64,000 bases of DNA, taken from positions 3,596,001-3,660,000 of the forward strand of contig NW_027361681.1 in the NCBI RefSeq assembly GCF_039654945.1, in the 5' to 3' direction. A program made the position numbers and the translations under genes. This DNA comes from Dendrobates tinctorius (lineage: Eukaryota). The notes below the pieces were generated by a model. It ran no database searches, was not told the origin of the DNA, and worked only from the letters and a program-made list of their open reading frames with translations. Positions 1 to 11,815 of the stretch are shown here, piece by piece. Numbering within the stretch: position 1 is the first letter of the stretch; the number at the start of each line of letters is the position of its first letter.

Positions 1-330
1 ATCATTTGTCTGCAGCTCCATAAACCATGTATTCACCGTTCTGAGCTCCTATTGGTGAATGGGAGCTGCAGTACCTGAGTGACCACTAGACTGTCACACA
101 CAGCTGTTATGTGCGGATGCAGAGATTACAAAAAAAGGATCAATTTTTGCTAAGCTCCCCCTTGTGTTGTATGTGCACATAAATGTGGCTGATCCGCACC
201 AGACACTGCCTATAAATAAGAATGGCGCTTTTTATGGGGGCTGTCTTTCCGTTTGATACTATGCTGTTGCAGTTTCTTTCAGATAGGTTATTTACCGCCC
301 CCCCTTTTTTTTTTTTTTTTTTTCCCACAG

Positions 331-497
331 CTTACAGACGGGAGCAGAAAGGAAAGAAAGAGGCCACCGAGATGAAAAAGAAAGACAAAGACAAGAAGCC
401 AGATGGTGACGAGCAAGACAAGAGTCGAGAAGAGGAGGACGAGGAGGAGAAAATGGAGGAGGATGAGGTGGTAGAGGACGAGGAGGTGGAGAACTGA
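331..497 (+). CDS. POLE3: DNA polymerase epsilon subunit 3 (CHRAC17), last coding exon
   Basis: Poly-T tract and CAG acceptor ending at 330; reads (A)[22 protein letters not shown]...EEVEN*, matching the acidic C-terminus of vertebrate POLE3. AATAAA at 665-670. Adjacent to ALAD as in human. Confidence 0.95.
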
Positions 498-849
498 GAT
501 GAGGCTACTCCTGTTTGTAGAGGACATTTGGGGCACTGGCTCTCAGCCCGATGAAGCCCCCTCACCCATCGACCCGTCCTTGCGGGTCGCTCTGGTTGGA
601 GCCACAAGTGAGAAGAGACTGAGTGGTGAGAGCGGCCGAGGACCAGATGGGACATGAGCTTGTTAATAAACCTGGAGTTGATGTTTTCTATATTGTCTCC
701 AATCTCATTTATTACATCTGCAACTGGTGGCTCCTACTGGGAGTTGTTGTCCTACAAGAGGTGGAGGTGTCGTTGTTTGCAGACCTACACTGAATACTAC
801 AGTGTTGACCCTTGTGCAACTGCTCAGTTTTTTTATGTTCTCACTAAAG

Positions 850-2664
850 TGTTTATAAATGTTGTAGAAAAGGGCACTGAAGGTACACTAATCAAAATTG
901 CAGCTGATGCAAAGCTAGGAGGGATAGCTAAAACTAGAGAAGACAGAAGGAATTCAGAAGGGTCTATATAATCTTGAACAATGGGCAGCAACTAATAGAA
1001 TGGTATTTAACAGGGAGAGATGCAAGATTCTCTACATCTGGGCAAGAAAAATACATCTACAGAATGGGAGGAATTGAACTAAGCCACAGCCCACGTGAAA
1101 AAGACTAGGGTATACTAATAGATCACAGACTGCAAATGAGTCACCAGTGTGATGCAGCAGCAAAAGAGGCAAATGCATTTCTGGGATGTATTAAGAGAAG
1201 CTTAGAGTCTAGATCACGTGAAGTAATTATCCCTGTTATGATTGAGTCACCGAGGAGGAAAGCAAGACCAAGCTAAGCCACAGAAAACCAGAGAGGTTGG
1301 TAACTAAGCGGATTGCAGACCCCTGATCCTTTCCACACAAATTGCCGTGGAGCGTACCTACGATGATTCTAGACGCCTCGACACAGCCGGAGAACTAAAT
1401 AAGCCTAAAGCAAGAAAGGGGAAATCTAAACTGCCCCAGAGCAGACTCCAAAGCAATAGCCCCCAAACATATATTGTCGGTGAGACAAGATGAAAACACA
1501 AACGCAGGTAGGAAAATAGGCTGAGCAAACAATGGGGCCCAAACTAACTAGACAGGACAGGAAAAAGACTGTCTGCAATCACGGAAAAAACCCTGCAAAA
1601 AAATCCCAACACGTCTGATAGAAAAAATACTGAAGTCACTAGACTTCGCCCACTATATCAGCACTCTGGCCTCTCTTTGCTCTGCTTTCGGAATATACCA
1701 ATCTAATAAGGGACAAAAACAAGCTGGCACAAACAGTAACATAAGGATGGAAATTCAGCACAGCTCCAGCCGGGACTGGCTGACCACACAAAACTGAAAT
1801 AGACAAAACCAAATCAAATGTGAACAATAGCAAAAGAACGCTTAGCTTGAGCATGCAGGGACTGAGCTGGAAACTAAGACCTCAGGAGGCAGGAAAAAAT
1901 CACCAGCAGGGATAGAGGGAGTCAGCTGTCTAAAATCCAGTCAGAAACTCCCAATGTCCAATCCTCCTCATTATCAGGTGGCAGGCCTCTGTTAATTAGA
2001 TCAGCTCCATTACCTCCTGTAACCACCAGAGGGAGCCTGGAAAGAGAACTTGCGACCCCTCTGTCAATATCACCATCTCCACTACCTTCACCAGTAACCA
2101 GAGGTAGATCAGAAAGTGAATTCACAACATATCCCCCTCTACACCTCCTTGGTCAGGCCTCATGTGGAATACTGTGGCCACTTCTGGGCACCACATCTTA
2201 AAGACATCAACAAACTGGAGCGAGTACAGAGAAGAGCTACCAGGATGGTGAGCGGACTGCAAAGTATGTCCTGCGAGGAACGGTTAAAGGATCTGGGAAT
2301 GTTTAGCTTGCAAAAAAGGCTAAGAGGAGACTTAATAGCTGTCTACAAATATCTGAAGGGATGTCACATTGTAGAGGGATTATCCTTATTCTCATTTGCA
2401 TATGAAAAGACAAGAAGCAATGGGATGAAAGTGAAAGGAGAAAATACAGATTAGATATTAGAAAAACCTTTTTGACAGTGAGGGTGATCAATGAGTGTAA
2501 CAGGCTGCCATGAGAGGTGGTGAGTTCTCCTTCAATGGAAGTCTTCAAACAGAGGCTGGACAGACATCAGTCTGAGATGATTTAGTGAATCCTGCATTGA
2601 GTAGGGGGCTGGACGCAATGACCCTGGAGGTCCCTTCCAACTCTACCATTCTAGTATGATTCTA
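850..2664 (+). mobile_element. CR1 LINE, 5'-truncated and degenerate, split by a solo LTR
   Basis: RT remnants FINVVEKGTEGTLIKIAADAKLGG and [14 protein letters not shown]...[12 protein letters not shown]...[14 protein letters not shown]; CR1-type 3' tail ATTCTA..TGATTCTA at about 2648-2664. Confidence 0.9.
1234..2129. mobile_element. Solo LTR (TGTT...AACA) with 6-bp TSD TATCCC
   Basis: TG...CA ends; TATCCC at 1228-1233 and 2130-2135; removing it restores the CR1 sequence; same family as 22036-23518 in opposite orientation. Confidence 0.85.
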
Positions 2665-3940
2665 AAACGCAAAAGTATTGCAACCACGGCGTATCAGACA
2701 TGAGCAGGGTCGTAGCGGTAGGATATCTACAATATTAATGTGTAATTGGATAAATGGTTTCTTGTCAGAGTGGAGTGAAGATCCGGGCGCTTTATTCAAT
2801 TTATAAACCTCAACGTGAGGAAGCAGAGATCTTGGAAAGGGTCAGAACTTTCCATCAGGTTGTGTTCCCCTGTGTTTCTTCATATTTCAATGTGTGCGAC
2901 TGCTTGCTGTCTACTGTTATATATATTTTTTACAACAGTATTTTTGCACCTTTGTCGTACTGTGTTTTTTCTTGGCGTTTCGGTCTTTGTGAACACTGTC
3001 CAACTGACCTATTCACTTTTGTGTATGTCACATTTGTTTTTAATCTATTAGTTTCTTGCTTATGCAAGGTTTGGGAGATTCCCGTCCCTCTCGTGTGACA
3101 TGCACATAAAGAACCATCTTGCACAGCGTGCCCACACCAGGAAGCATCTTTCTGAATCCTGCATATATTGGTACTGTTCACATGATCAGGTTTTAAATAC
3201 ATTAGATAGGACTGCTCCGAAATGGGTAAACTGTAACGTTGGTGAAGTGGCTTAGTATACATTTTTTGCAAAAAACGTATCAACTAAATACCCTGTTTCT
3301 CTGGTCATCTTCCACGACAGCCACCTTGGAGGTTGTCTCCCCGCCCTAATGGGGGACAGGAAACACAGAGGTTAAATAACCCTCCCCTTCCTGCTACCTC
3401 AGTGTTTTTCCTGTCCCCCTATCGGGGCATGAAGAGGTTACCAGGGGCTGCCGTGGCCAGCGAGCGGAGCCCCTATGTATTTACAGCTGGGCAGCCGAGG
3501 TCGGGGGGGGGGTTCACCTCTCCTCCAAGCGCTGCTCCTGTCTCCACCGCTGGTGTGACTTGGGACGTCTGCCGCCCCTCTCGTGCCCTCCGGGGTAAAG
3601 CGGGGTGGTATGGTGCCTGCCGGGGTCCTATAGCAGCTCCCCGGCTTCCTCCTTCCTCCCACGCTGCGTTGGAGAGCCGCGCGCGTCTGAGGGGGCGTGC
3701 TGTTGACCGGAAGTGACGGTGACGCGCACTTCCAGTTTGTGTTCCACGGCATTCCTGTGATGGGAAACGCGCGCCAGCACCCGGGGACCTGGGAAATTGA
3801 TCCGAGGGCAGCAGGGGTCGAGCGATGGTTCCTCCCCAGGGACAGGGGGAAGGAGGAGCACCGAGCAACGAACGCGACAACACCCACATAAGGGTGCCAC
3901 GGGTCCAGATAAGCGCAGTGTGTCTGTGGTGTGTGCAGAC

Positions 3941-5335
3941 ATGGATGGTAAGAAGCCGTCGACTGCAGAATCTGTGGAGCCCAGCATTCCCCCTTCTACA
4001 GTGAGTAGCAGGGCCGGTCCCTTGTCTGTCAAAAATTTGGTGGCACAGGTCTGAGTAAGCCTTCTCTTCCTTCTTACAGGAAGACAAGGCCTCTGCCCCT
4101 AGAAACCCCCGCAAGTGTGGTATATGTGGTGCCAGGTTTCCTTCTGACTATAAGAAGAAGCTATGCCAACCTTGTACGCAGAATATCCTGCGCACCGGAC
4201 AACCCTCCCTGATAGCATAAAGACTCTCATTAGACAGGAGGTTCAGACCTCCATGGCAGCCCAGACCCCGGTGGCCCAGGGCCCTTCTCCAAAAAAAGAG
4301 GAAAAGGGCGACTGTGGAAGCCGACTCAGATTCGGGGGAAGTCCGTTCCTCAGGATCGGATGGATATTTGGGAAAATGAGGGCTCCACAAAAGCATGACA
4401 CAAAAAAATACTATTTCTCCTCTGAGGATATGGAGGAATTGGTCTCCATGGTAAGAAATACCATGGGAGTGGAGGAGGAGGAGGTCAAGCTCTCAGTCCA
4501 GGATGAGATGTTTAGGGGGTTGAAACCCAGAGGTAGCAATGGTTTCCCGGTTCATGAAGTTATACAGGACCTAATAGCTCAGGAGTGGTCCTCCCCCGAG
4601 AAGGCACTCAGTTTACCCTCTGAGCTAAAGAATCGCTTTCTCCTAGAAGGTGACAATTCTATTTGGGAGATCCCTAAAATAGACGGTCAAGTCTCTAAAG
4701 TTACTAAGAAAATGTCCCTTCCCTTTGAGGATGCTTCCCAGTTGAAGGATCCTATGGATCACAAAATAGAAAGTCACCTTAAAAAATCCTGGGAAGCTTC
4801 TACGAACCTGCTCAAAGCAAATATTGCATCCACCTGCGTAGCCAGATCTTTGTTCTTATGGCTGCGTACGTTGGAGGACCACCTATCAGGGGGTACCCCC
4901 AGAGAGGAAATCTTAGACTCCATGTCAATCCTCCAGAAGGCAACAGGTTATTTAGCCGATGCTTCAGGAGAAACTGTACGGGTAGCAGCAAGGTCCCTAG
5001 TCCTTGCAAATTCGGCTAGGAGAGCCTTGTGGCTGAAGTCATGGGGTGGCGACATCACCTTCAAGACGAAGCTCTGTGCCATTCCCTTCCAGGGGCACCA
5101 CGTGTTTGGACCTGTCTTGGATAACATCCTTGAGAAGGCTTCCGACAAAAACAAATCCCTGCCGGAGCAGAAGGCCACCAAAAGGCGATTTTTTTTTTTT
5201 CGTCCCTCAAGAAAGCAGGCCTCTCAGAAGGCATTCAGGGGGAAAGGCAAGACGGGACGATGCAGCTACCCAAAAGGGGGTAAAGGAAGAAACATCCTCA
5301 TGCCCCAGCAGCAACAGCCCCCAGGAGAAACTGAC
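3941..5335 (+). pseudogene. DIRS gag (LAP2alpha-like domain) with N-terminal C4 zinc finger and putative intron 4001-4079
   Basis: ORF 4163-5428 carries DIRS gag motifs (LKDPMDHKIE, NSARRALWLKSW, PFQGHHVFGPVLD); CGIC-x12-CQPC lies upstream in another frame; several frameshifts. Confidence 0.8.
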
Positions 5336-7180
5336 TCTCAGGTGGGGGTCGACTCACCCAGTTTCTCGCCAAATAGCAGGCCACAACCTCAAACCAGTGG
5401 GTCCTGCATACTATACAATTTGGGCTGAAAATGGAGCACCCCCTACATGCCCTGAGAATCACCCCGGCGCAGTCCCCAAGTCTCCAAAAGGTCCTGTTGC
5501 TTCAAATAGAAGATCTATTACTGGAAAGGGTGATCTCGTATGTACCTCCACAAGAGGTTGGCAGAGGACATTACTCTCGCCTGTTCCTGATAAGAAAACC
5601 CTCAGGAAAGCACAGGCTCATCATAAATCTGAAACCCCTGAACCGCTTCATCAAGTATCGAAGATTCAAGATGGAATCAGTGAAATCGGCAATCCCTCTT
5701 ATTGCACGGGGATAGCAGATGGCTACAATAGATCTAAGGGACACGTCCCCGTTCATCCGGATCACCGAAAGTTCCTGAGGTTCGCGGTCTCCCACGGCCA
5801 AGGAGTCAGCCATCTCCAGTTCAATGCCCTCCATTTGGCGTATCCCCGGCACCAAGGGTGTTTACGAAATGAGGGAAGCAGTCCTCTCAATTCATCTTCA
5901 GGGGATATGCATTGTGCCATATCTAGACGATTTGGTGATCGTCGCTCCATCGGTAGCCCAGCTGAACCAGGGCGTATCGAAAGCCCTGCAGATACTCGAA
6001 TTCCTAGGGTGGATACCGAATCTCCAGAAGTCGGCCCTCTATCCTTCCCCAAGGAAAAGATTCCTGGGGATCCTCTTAGATTCAGGGAAGAGGACGTCCT
6101 TTCTCCCCGAGGATCGGCAAGCAGACCTTCGGCAGAGAATAATCCGGTTCAGAGAACAAAGGGCACCGACGCTGAGGGACGCCATGTCCATCCTGGGTTC
6201 CCTGACATCGTGCATTCAGGTGGTATCCTGGGCACAAGTACACACGCAAATCCTCCAGTCATACGTCCTGGTAAACGTGAGGAAGTATCCAAACAACCTA
6301 TCAAAAAGGGTTCCACTTCCAGGGCACGTAAAATCGGCCCTCTTGTGGTGGCTGAATTACCGAAACTTGAGACGAGGAATAAGCTGGGATCAGCTTCCTC
6401 TAAAAATATTATGTACCGATGCCAGTCGGAGAGGCTGGGGAGCCGTGGTGGAGGATTCGTACTTCCAGGGACAGTGGCCCCAGGACATAAGATCCAGATC
6501 CTCGAACCTAAGGGAATTGACGGCAGTGGAAGAATCACTGAAAGACGCGTCTACCCTTATCAAAAACCATCACGTTTGGATATACTCCGATAACATAACC
6601 ACGGTGGCATATCTCAGGCACCAGGGGGGCACGAAGTACGCCAGTTTAAAGAGGGTGGCAACAAGGATCTTCCTCTGGGCAGAGAAGCACCTGTTATCCA
6701 TTTCTGCGGTACACCTGAAGGGGTCGGAAAACATCCAAGTGGACTTCCTAAGCAAGAAAGAACGTCCATCCAAGAGAGTGGTGTCTGAACCAGGAGGTAT
6801 TCCAGGCTCTAGCCTCGAGATGGGGAGACCCAGAAGTCGACCTATTTGCAAGTGCGCAAAATACAAAAACGACAACTTATTTCTCCCTCAGTCCTACGTA
6901 CGGAGCCCGGGGGACGGATGCATTCGCCCATCCATGGGTCTTCAGACTGGCCTACGCCTTTCCCCTGATCCCTATGCTGGCAAGAACGTTGCAGAAGATC
7001 AGAGCAGACAGGGTAACGACAATCCTGGTGGCTCCTATGTGGCCAGGACGAAACTGGTACGGCGCCCTGTTGGACATGGCCTAGGAGGGTCCCTTGCTCC
7101 TACCCCAAAGGACCGACCTCCTTTTTCAGGGTCCCTTACTGCACCCAAACCCCACCAAGTTATGTCTAGCAGCTTGGTTA
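5336..7180 (+). pseudogene. DIRS pol: RT, RNase H and methyltransferase-like domains (disrupted)
   Basis: YSRLFLIRKPSGKHRLIINLKPLNRF; IVPYLDDLVI; TDASRRGWGA; SSNLRELTAV; YSDNITTVAYL; stops and frameshifts present. Confidence 0.9.
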
Positions 7181-8202
7181 TTGAGGCCAACATTCTGAAA
7201 GCCAAAGGGCTATCGGATGAAGTAATCCGAACCCTTCAAAAAAGTAGGAAGCCGGTGACAAACGCCATTTACGGCAAAATATGGAAACATTTTTCCTCCT
7301 GGTGTTCTCTGGGGGTCCCTGACCCCGCCCATCCAAATGTTGCCCAGATCCTAGATTTCCTACAAAAAGGGTTAGATCTAGGACTCACCCCAAGCACATT
7401 AAGAGTACAGGTATCGGCCCTTAGCTCCTTTTTTCACCAAGACCTAGCAAAACACCGCTGGGTCAAAGGATTTATGACCGCGGCAGGCAGAATTCGCACT
7501 TCACTCCCTAGTCAGGTTCCCCCCGGGATCTTAATTTTGTACTCAATAGCCTAACACAGGCCCCGTTTGAGCCCGTCAGAAATTCCATTAAAAATTCTCA
7601 CACTCAAAACAGTGTTTCTTGTAGCAATCATATCGGCCAGAAGGGTGGGGGAGCTACAGGCCCTATCAGTACAGGAACCATACCTCCTACTCAACTCGGA
7701 CAGTATAGTACTGCACCTAGACCCCTCCTTTATGCCCAAAGTGGTGTCAGACTTTCATAGAAGTCAGGATATCGTGTTGTCCTCATTTTGCCCAAATCCT
7801 AACACAAAGGAAGAAAAATTTCATACCTTGGATATCCGCAGAGTGGTTCTCCACTACCTCGAATCAACCAGGGATTGGAGAATCGATCAGAATCTGTCCT
7901 TTCAATATTCAGGACGGAATAAAGGGAAGAAAGCGGCAAAAAACACGATAGCGGGTTGGATCAAGCAGTCCACCTCCCTGGCATATTCTTCAAGACATTT
8001 CTCTCCTCCCGAGTCGCTAAAAGCCCACTCTACTCGATCAATCGCTATATCCTGGGCAGCAAGAGGAAACGCGTCTTTGGAGCAGATATTCAGAGCTGCC
8101 ACCTGGTCCTCTGTACACACCTTTATCAGACTCTATAGACTGAATTTCAATAGGGATCTGACATTCGGCAGACGCGTCCTGCAGGCAGTAGTCCCTCCCT
8201 AA
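7160..8202 (+). pseudogene. DIRS tyrosine recombinase (frameshifted)
   Basis: Catalytic R (ISARRVGELQAL), H-x-x-R (KAHSTRS) and Y (TFIRLYRL); frameshift near 7520-7560. Confidence 0.9.
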
Positions 8203-9928
8203 TAAATTAACGTTGGTATAACTCCAAGGTGGCTGTCGTGGAAGGTGACTAGAGAAAATAGAATTAGACTTACCGGTAATTCGGTTTCTAGGAACCTTCC
8301 ATGACAGCACTAATTCCCTCCCTATATAATATGTTTACCTGATGATTCTTGCTCTACTGGCGGTAACTATTCATGCTAGTACATTCAGAAAAAACAATGA
8401 GGTAGCAGGAAGTTATTTAACCTCTTTGTGTTTCCTGTCCCCCATTAGGGCGGGGAGACAACCTCCAAGGTGGCTGTCGTGGAAGGTTCCTAGAAACCAA
8501 ATTACCGGTAAGTCTAATTCTATTTTTTGCTATCATCTTTTTACTAGCACTGGCTGTCTACTCTTATATATTTTTTATCACAGAGTATTTTTGCACGTTT
8601 GTCATAATGTGTATTTTCTTTGTGATTCGGTCTTTGGGTGGTGTGAACACTGTCCAACTGACCTGTTCACTTTTGTGCATGTCACATGTGTTTTTAATAT
8701 ATCAATGTGTGCGGCTGCTTGTGTATAATGTGACTAATGTGATTGCGCACTCGCCATGATCCTGTGTGACAGCTCCGCCGAGGGCCGCACCCGCACCCAG
8801 CTCGCATCATTCACATCCTGTCATCTGAGCCAAATCCGGCCTGATTAGTGTCAGAATCCCAGACCTGTCAGCAAATTCCTCCAATTCTCCAGTATGTCTG
8901 AGGCCGGCAACAGGGAAGAAACCTTTAATGAGCAGAGAATGACGGAGAGTGATGACGAGCATGATTGCTGCAGTTACCCGGCTTTCCCAGACTCCTGAGA
9001 GGCAAAGTTGCAGACTTGTGCCACACCGTACCCTGTGCCTCCATCTTGCTGTATATCAGCTGTGCAGGATGCTAGAAAAGCTGGTTAACAACCAATATGT
9101 TGGCCGATGGGAGTCAAACCAATCGTCTTCCTGTGTTTATTGGTGTCTGGTTGGATTTGCCATTACAATTTTCACTCCCATCGTTTTCCAACAAGAAGTC
9201 ACAGATTATATCATAGAATGGAGAATCCGGTTCTTGTGTCCCTACAGCCTGGCAGGTTTGCCACCGCACCCAACCCCAGTGAGGCGCTTTTGGGGCTGCT
9301 TATCCCATCCTGATGATAAGATCTGATTTTTTTTTTTTCCCCAACAGCCATAACATTTTCTCACAGCATTGACCAAAATGTAGCACAACAGGAAGCGGAC
9401 GAGTAGAGGTCCCAGGACTGCAGCCCACTCAGTCTCCGGCACGGTGGTCCTGGCATTAATGCAAAAGGGACACATCATACTGTATGTAGGAACAACCCAG
9501 GAAGCACACTGTAGGTATCACACCGCCACAACTTACACAGTAACCCTATAGCTGCTGCGCCTTACTTACACATCTCTAAGTAGGTATCACACCGCCACAA
9601 CTTACACTGTAACCCTATAGCTGCTGCACCTTACTTACACATCTCTCTGTAGATTTCACACCCCCACAACTTACACTGTAACCCTATAGCTGCTGCGCCT
9701 TACTTACACATCTTTCTGTAGGTTTCACACCCCCACAACTTACACGGTACCCCTATAGCTGCTGCGCCTTACTTACACATCTCTAAGTAGGTATCACACC
9801 GCCACAACTTACATTGTAACCCTATAGCTGCTGCGCCTTACTTACACATCTCTCTGTAGGTTTCACACTCCCACAACTTACACGGTAACCCTATAGCTAC
9901 TGCATCTTACTTACACATCTCTATGTAG

Positions 9929-10407
9929 TGTGGTGTAGTAACCGCTGAGTCCGCTAGGGTGCGCTGTGTAGATGTCCCAGGAGAAAGGATGAATGGCAGA
10001 ATACTGAATGGCCATTATGTATCTCAAAGTGGGTGGCTTTGGGATGGAGACTTAGGCCAGGGTCACACTGGCGAGGAATACGGACGAGTGAGAGGCGTTA
10101 AAAGCACGCATTACACATGGACCATTGATTCTCTATGGGGTCCCTCGCACCAGCCGTATATTTCTCCTCCGTATCCTACGCTCCGTGCCAATCGCAGCAT
10201 GCTGCGATTGTCAGCGTACTACGCCCGTAATACGCCAATGCAAGTCTATGGGTGCGCAAAAAATACGGATTACACACGGACCACACATGTGACTTGCGAG
10301 AAATACGCACCCGGTGTCTTTTAGCAAAGCCGGCAATTCAGTGAGCGATACAGTAAACTCACACTGACAGGTTTAATAAAGAAAGAAAGAATAGATATAT
10401 ACACATA

Positions 10408-10461
<54 letters not shown>

Positions 10462-11269
10462 CTATATCTATTCTTTGGTTTCTGTTAGAAACCCTGTCAT
10501 AGGGCTCCATTATACGAGTATGTCCATTTTGCAAGCCTGCGAGAAAATCTCGCCATACGGATTACATACGGCTGCTGACATGCGCAAAATACGCGACCAC
10601 ACCTTGCTTATGGATGACATACGGAGCACTATTTAGGGGTCATTCATCCGTATTACGCCTGTAAACTACAGACCGTATTTTGCGTCGGTTAGTGTGACCC
10701 CGGCCTTATGTGTTGATCAGCAGTGATACTGCTGAGGTGGTGTTTCAATGTGTAAGGGAGAAGTCTCCAGGTAACGAGAGAGATGGGCGGACCTGGTTAC
10801 CTACAAACCCACCCAGTGGGTGTGTTTAAAGCACTATTGTAAAGAGTGTATAAAGGCTTGAGGGACCTGTGATGAGGTCAGTCATGTGACCCAGTGGGCG
10901 TGGCTATGGACCATATAATGTGACCAGGGTAGGTCACAAGGGGGTGAATGCTGGGACCTGGTTGGTCCAGTGTGGAAGGTCCCGCTGAGATGGGGCTTCC
11001 TGCCTGACAGCACGTGTGGACGCTGTGAGTAAAGGCTGCAAGTGCCTGAGAGTTTCCTGGAGGGAATGAGAGCCATGAGAGATCCCTGACGGGGTGAGAT
11101 ATAACTGTGAGGCTGAAAAGCCTGCATATTGGACATTGCTAACAGAGTGAAGCTCTGTCATGGACGCCATGCCGTTTATGATGTTTAATAAACCGCATGG
11201 ACCGCTCTGAGTTTATGGAAAACCTCTGCCGGATCTGATTTTGTGGCTAAATGACAGCGCTACCTCACA
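9929..11269. mobile_element. Solo LTR-like element copy 1 (TG...CA, 4-bp TSD GTAG)
   Basis: TGTGGTGTAG...CTACCTCACA; GTAG at 9925-9928 and 11270-11273; internal AATAAA near 11187. Confidence 0.75.
10055..10705. mobile_element. PIF/Harbinger-type MITE with internal (TA)n
   Basis: TIR GGCCAGGGTCACACT / AGTGTGACCCCGGCC, TSD TTA; the empty site is visible in LTR copy 2 (GACTTATGTGTTG near 12515-12527). Confidence 0.9.
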
Positions 11270-11815
11270 GTAGGTATTACACCGCCACAACTTACACGGT
11301 AACCCTATAGCTGCTGCACCTTACACATCTCTTTGTAGGTGTCACACCGCCACAACTTACACTGTAACCCTATAGCTGCTGCACCTTACTTACACATCTC
11401 TCTAGGTGTCACACTGTCACAACTTACATGGTACCCCTATAGCTGTTGCACCTTACACATCTCTCTGTAGGTGTCACACTGCTACAACTTACATGGTACC
11501 CCTATAGCTGCTGCGCTTTACTTACACATCTCTCTGTAGGTGTCACACTGCTACAACTTACACAGTAACCCTATAGCTGTTGCACCTTACTTACACATCT
11601 CTCTGTAGGTGTCACACCACCACAACTTACACGGTACCCCTATAGCTGCTGCGCCTTACTTACACATCTCTAAGTAGGTATCACACCGCCACAACTTACA
11701 CAGTAACCCTATAGCTGTTGCACCTTACTTACCCATCTTTCTGTAGGTTTCACACCACCACAACTTACACGGTAACCCTATAGCTACTGCATCTTACTTA
11801 CACATCTCTATGTAG

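Larger units (their letters stand above)
3296..8528 (+). mobile_element. DIRS1-type tyrosine-recombinase retrotransposon, near full length, frameshifted
   Basis: Left ITR about 3296-3410, right ITR with extension about 8390-8528, internal complementary region about 8222-8310; gag, RT (YLDD), RNase H (TDASRRGWGA), methyltransferase-like (VDLFAS, AYAFP) and YR (ARRVGELQAL, HSTR, LYRL) motifs. Confidence 0.95.
2907..8696. mobile_element. Unclassified terminally redundant element (about 430-nt monomer plus about 140-nt repeat), interrupted by DIRS
   Basis: 2907-3043 resembles 8553-8696; flanked by a 25-bp direct repeat (2882-2906 and 8697-8721, 2 mismatches); an inverted paralog lies at 11903-12466. 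Confidence 0.65.

Noticed and set aside
222-330. N-terminal part of ORF 222-497
   Set aside because: It is intronic polypyrimidine tract; POLE3 homology starts at 331.
5320-5360. Programmed +1 frameshift at the DIRS gag/pol junction (TGAC in both copies)
   Set aside because: The two copies give inconsistent frames because of indels; this cannot be judged without a family consensus.
5046-6593. 515-aa ORF overlapping DIRS pol as a novel gene
   Set aside because: Long overlapping frames are a known DIRS property, and this one is partly a frameshift mosaic of RT sequence.
8930-9500. Short ORFs in unique-looking sequence between DIRS and the satellite
   Set aside because: No recognisable domain or consistent exon structure.
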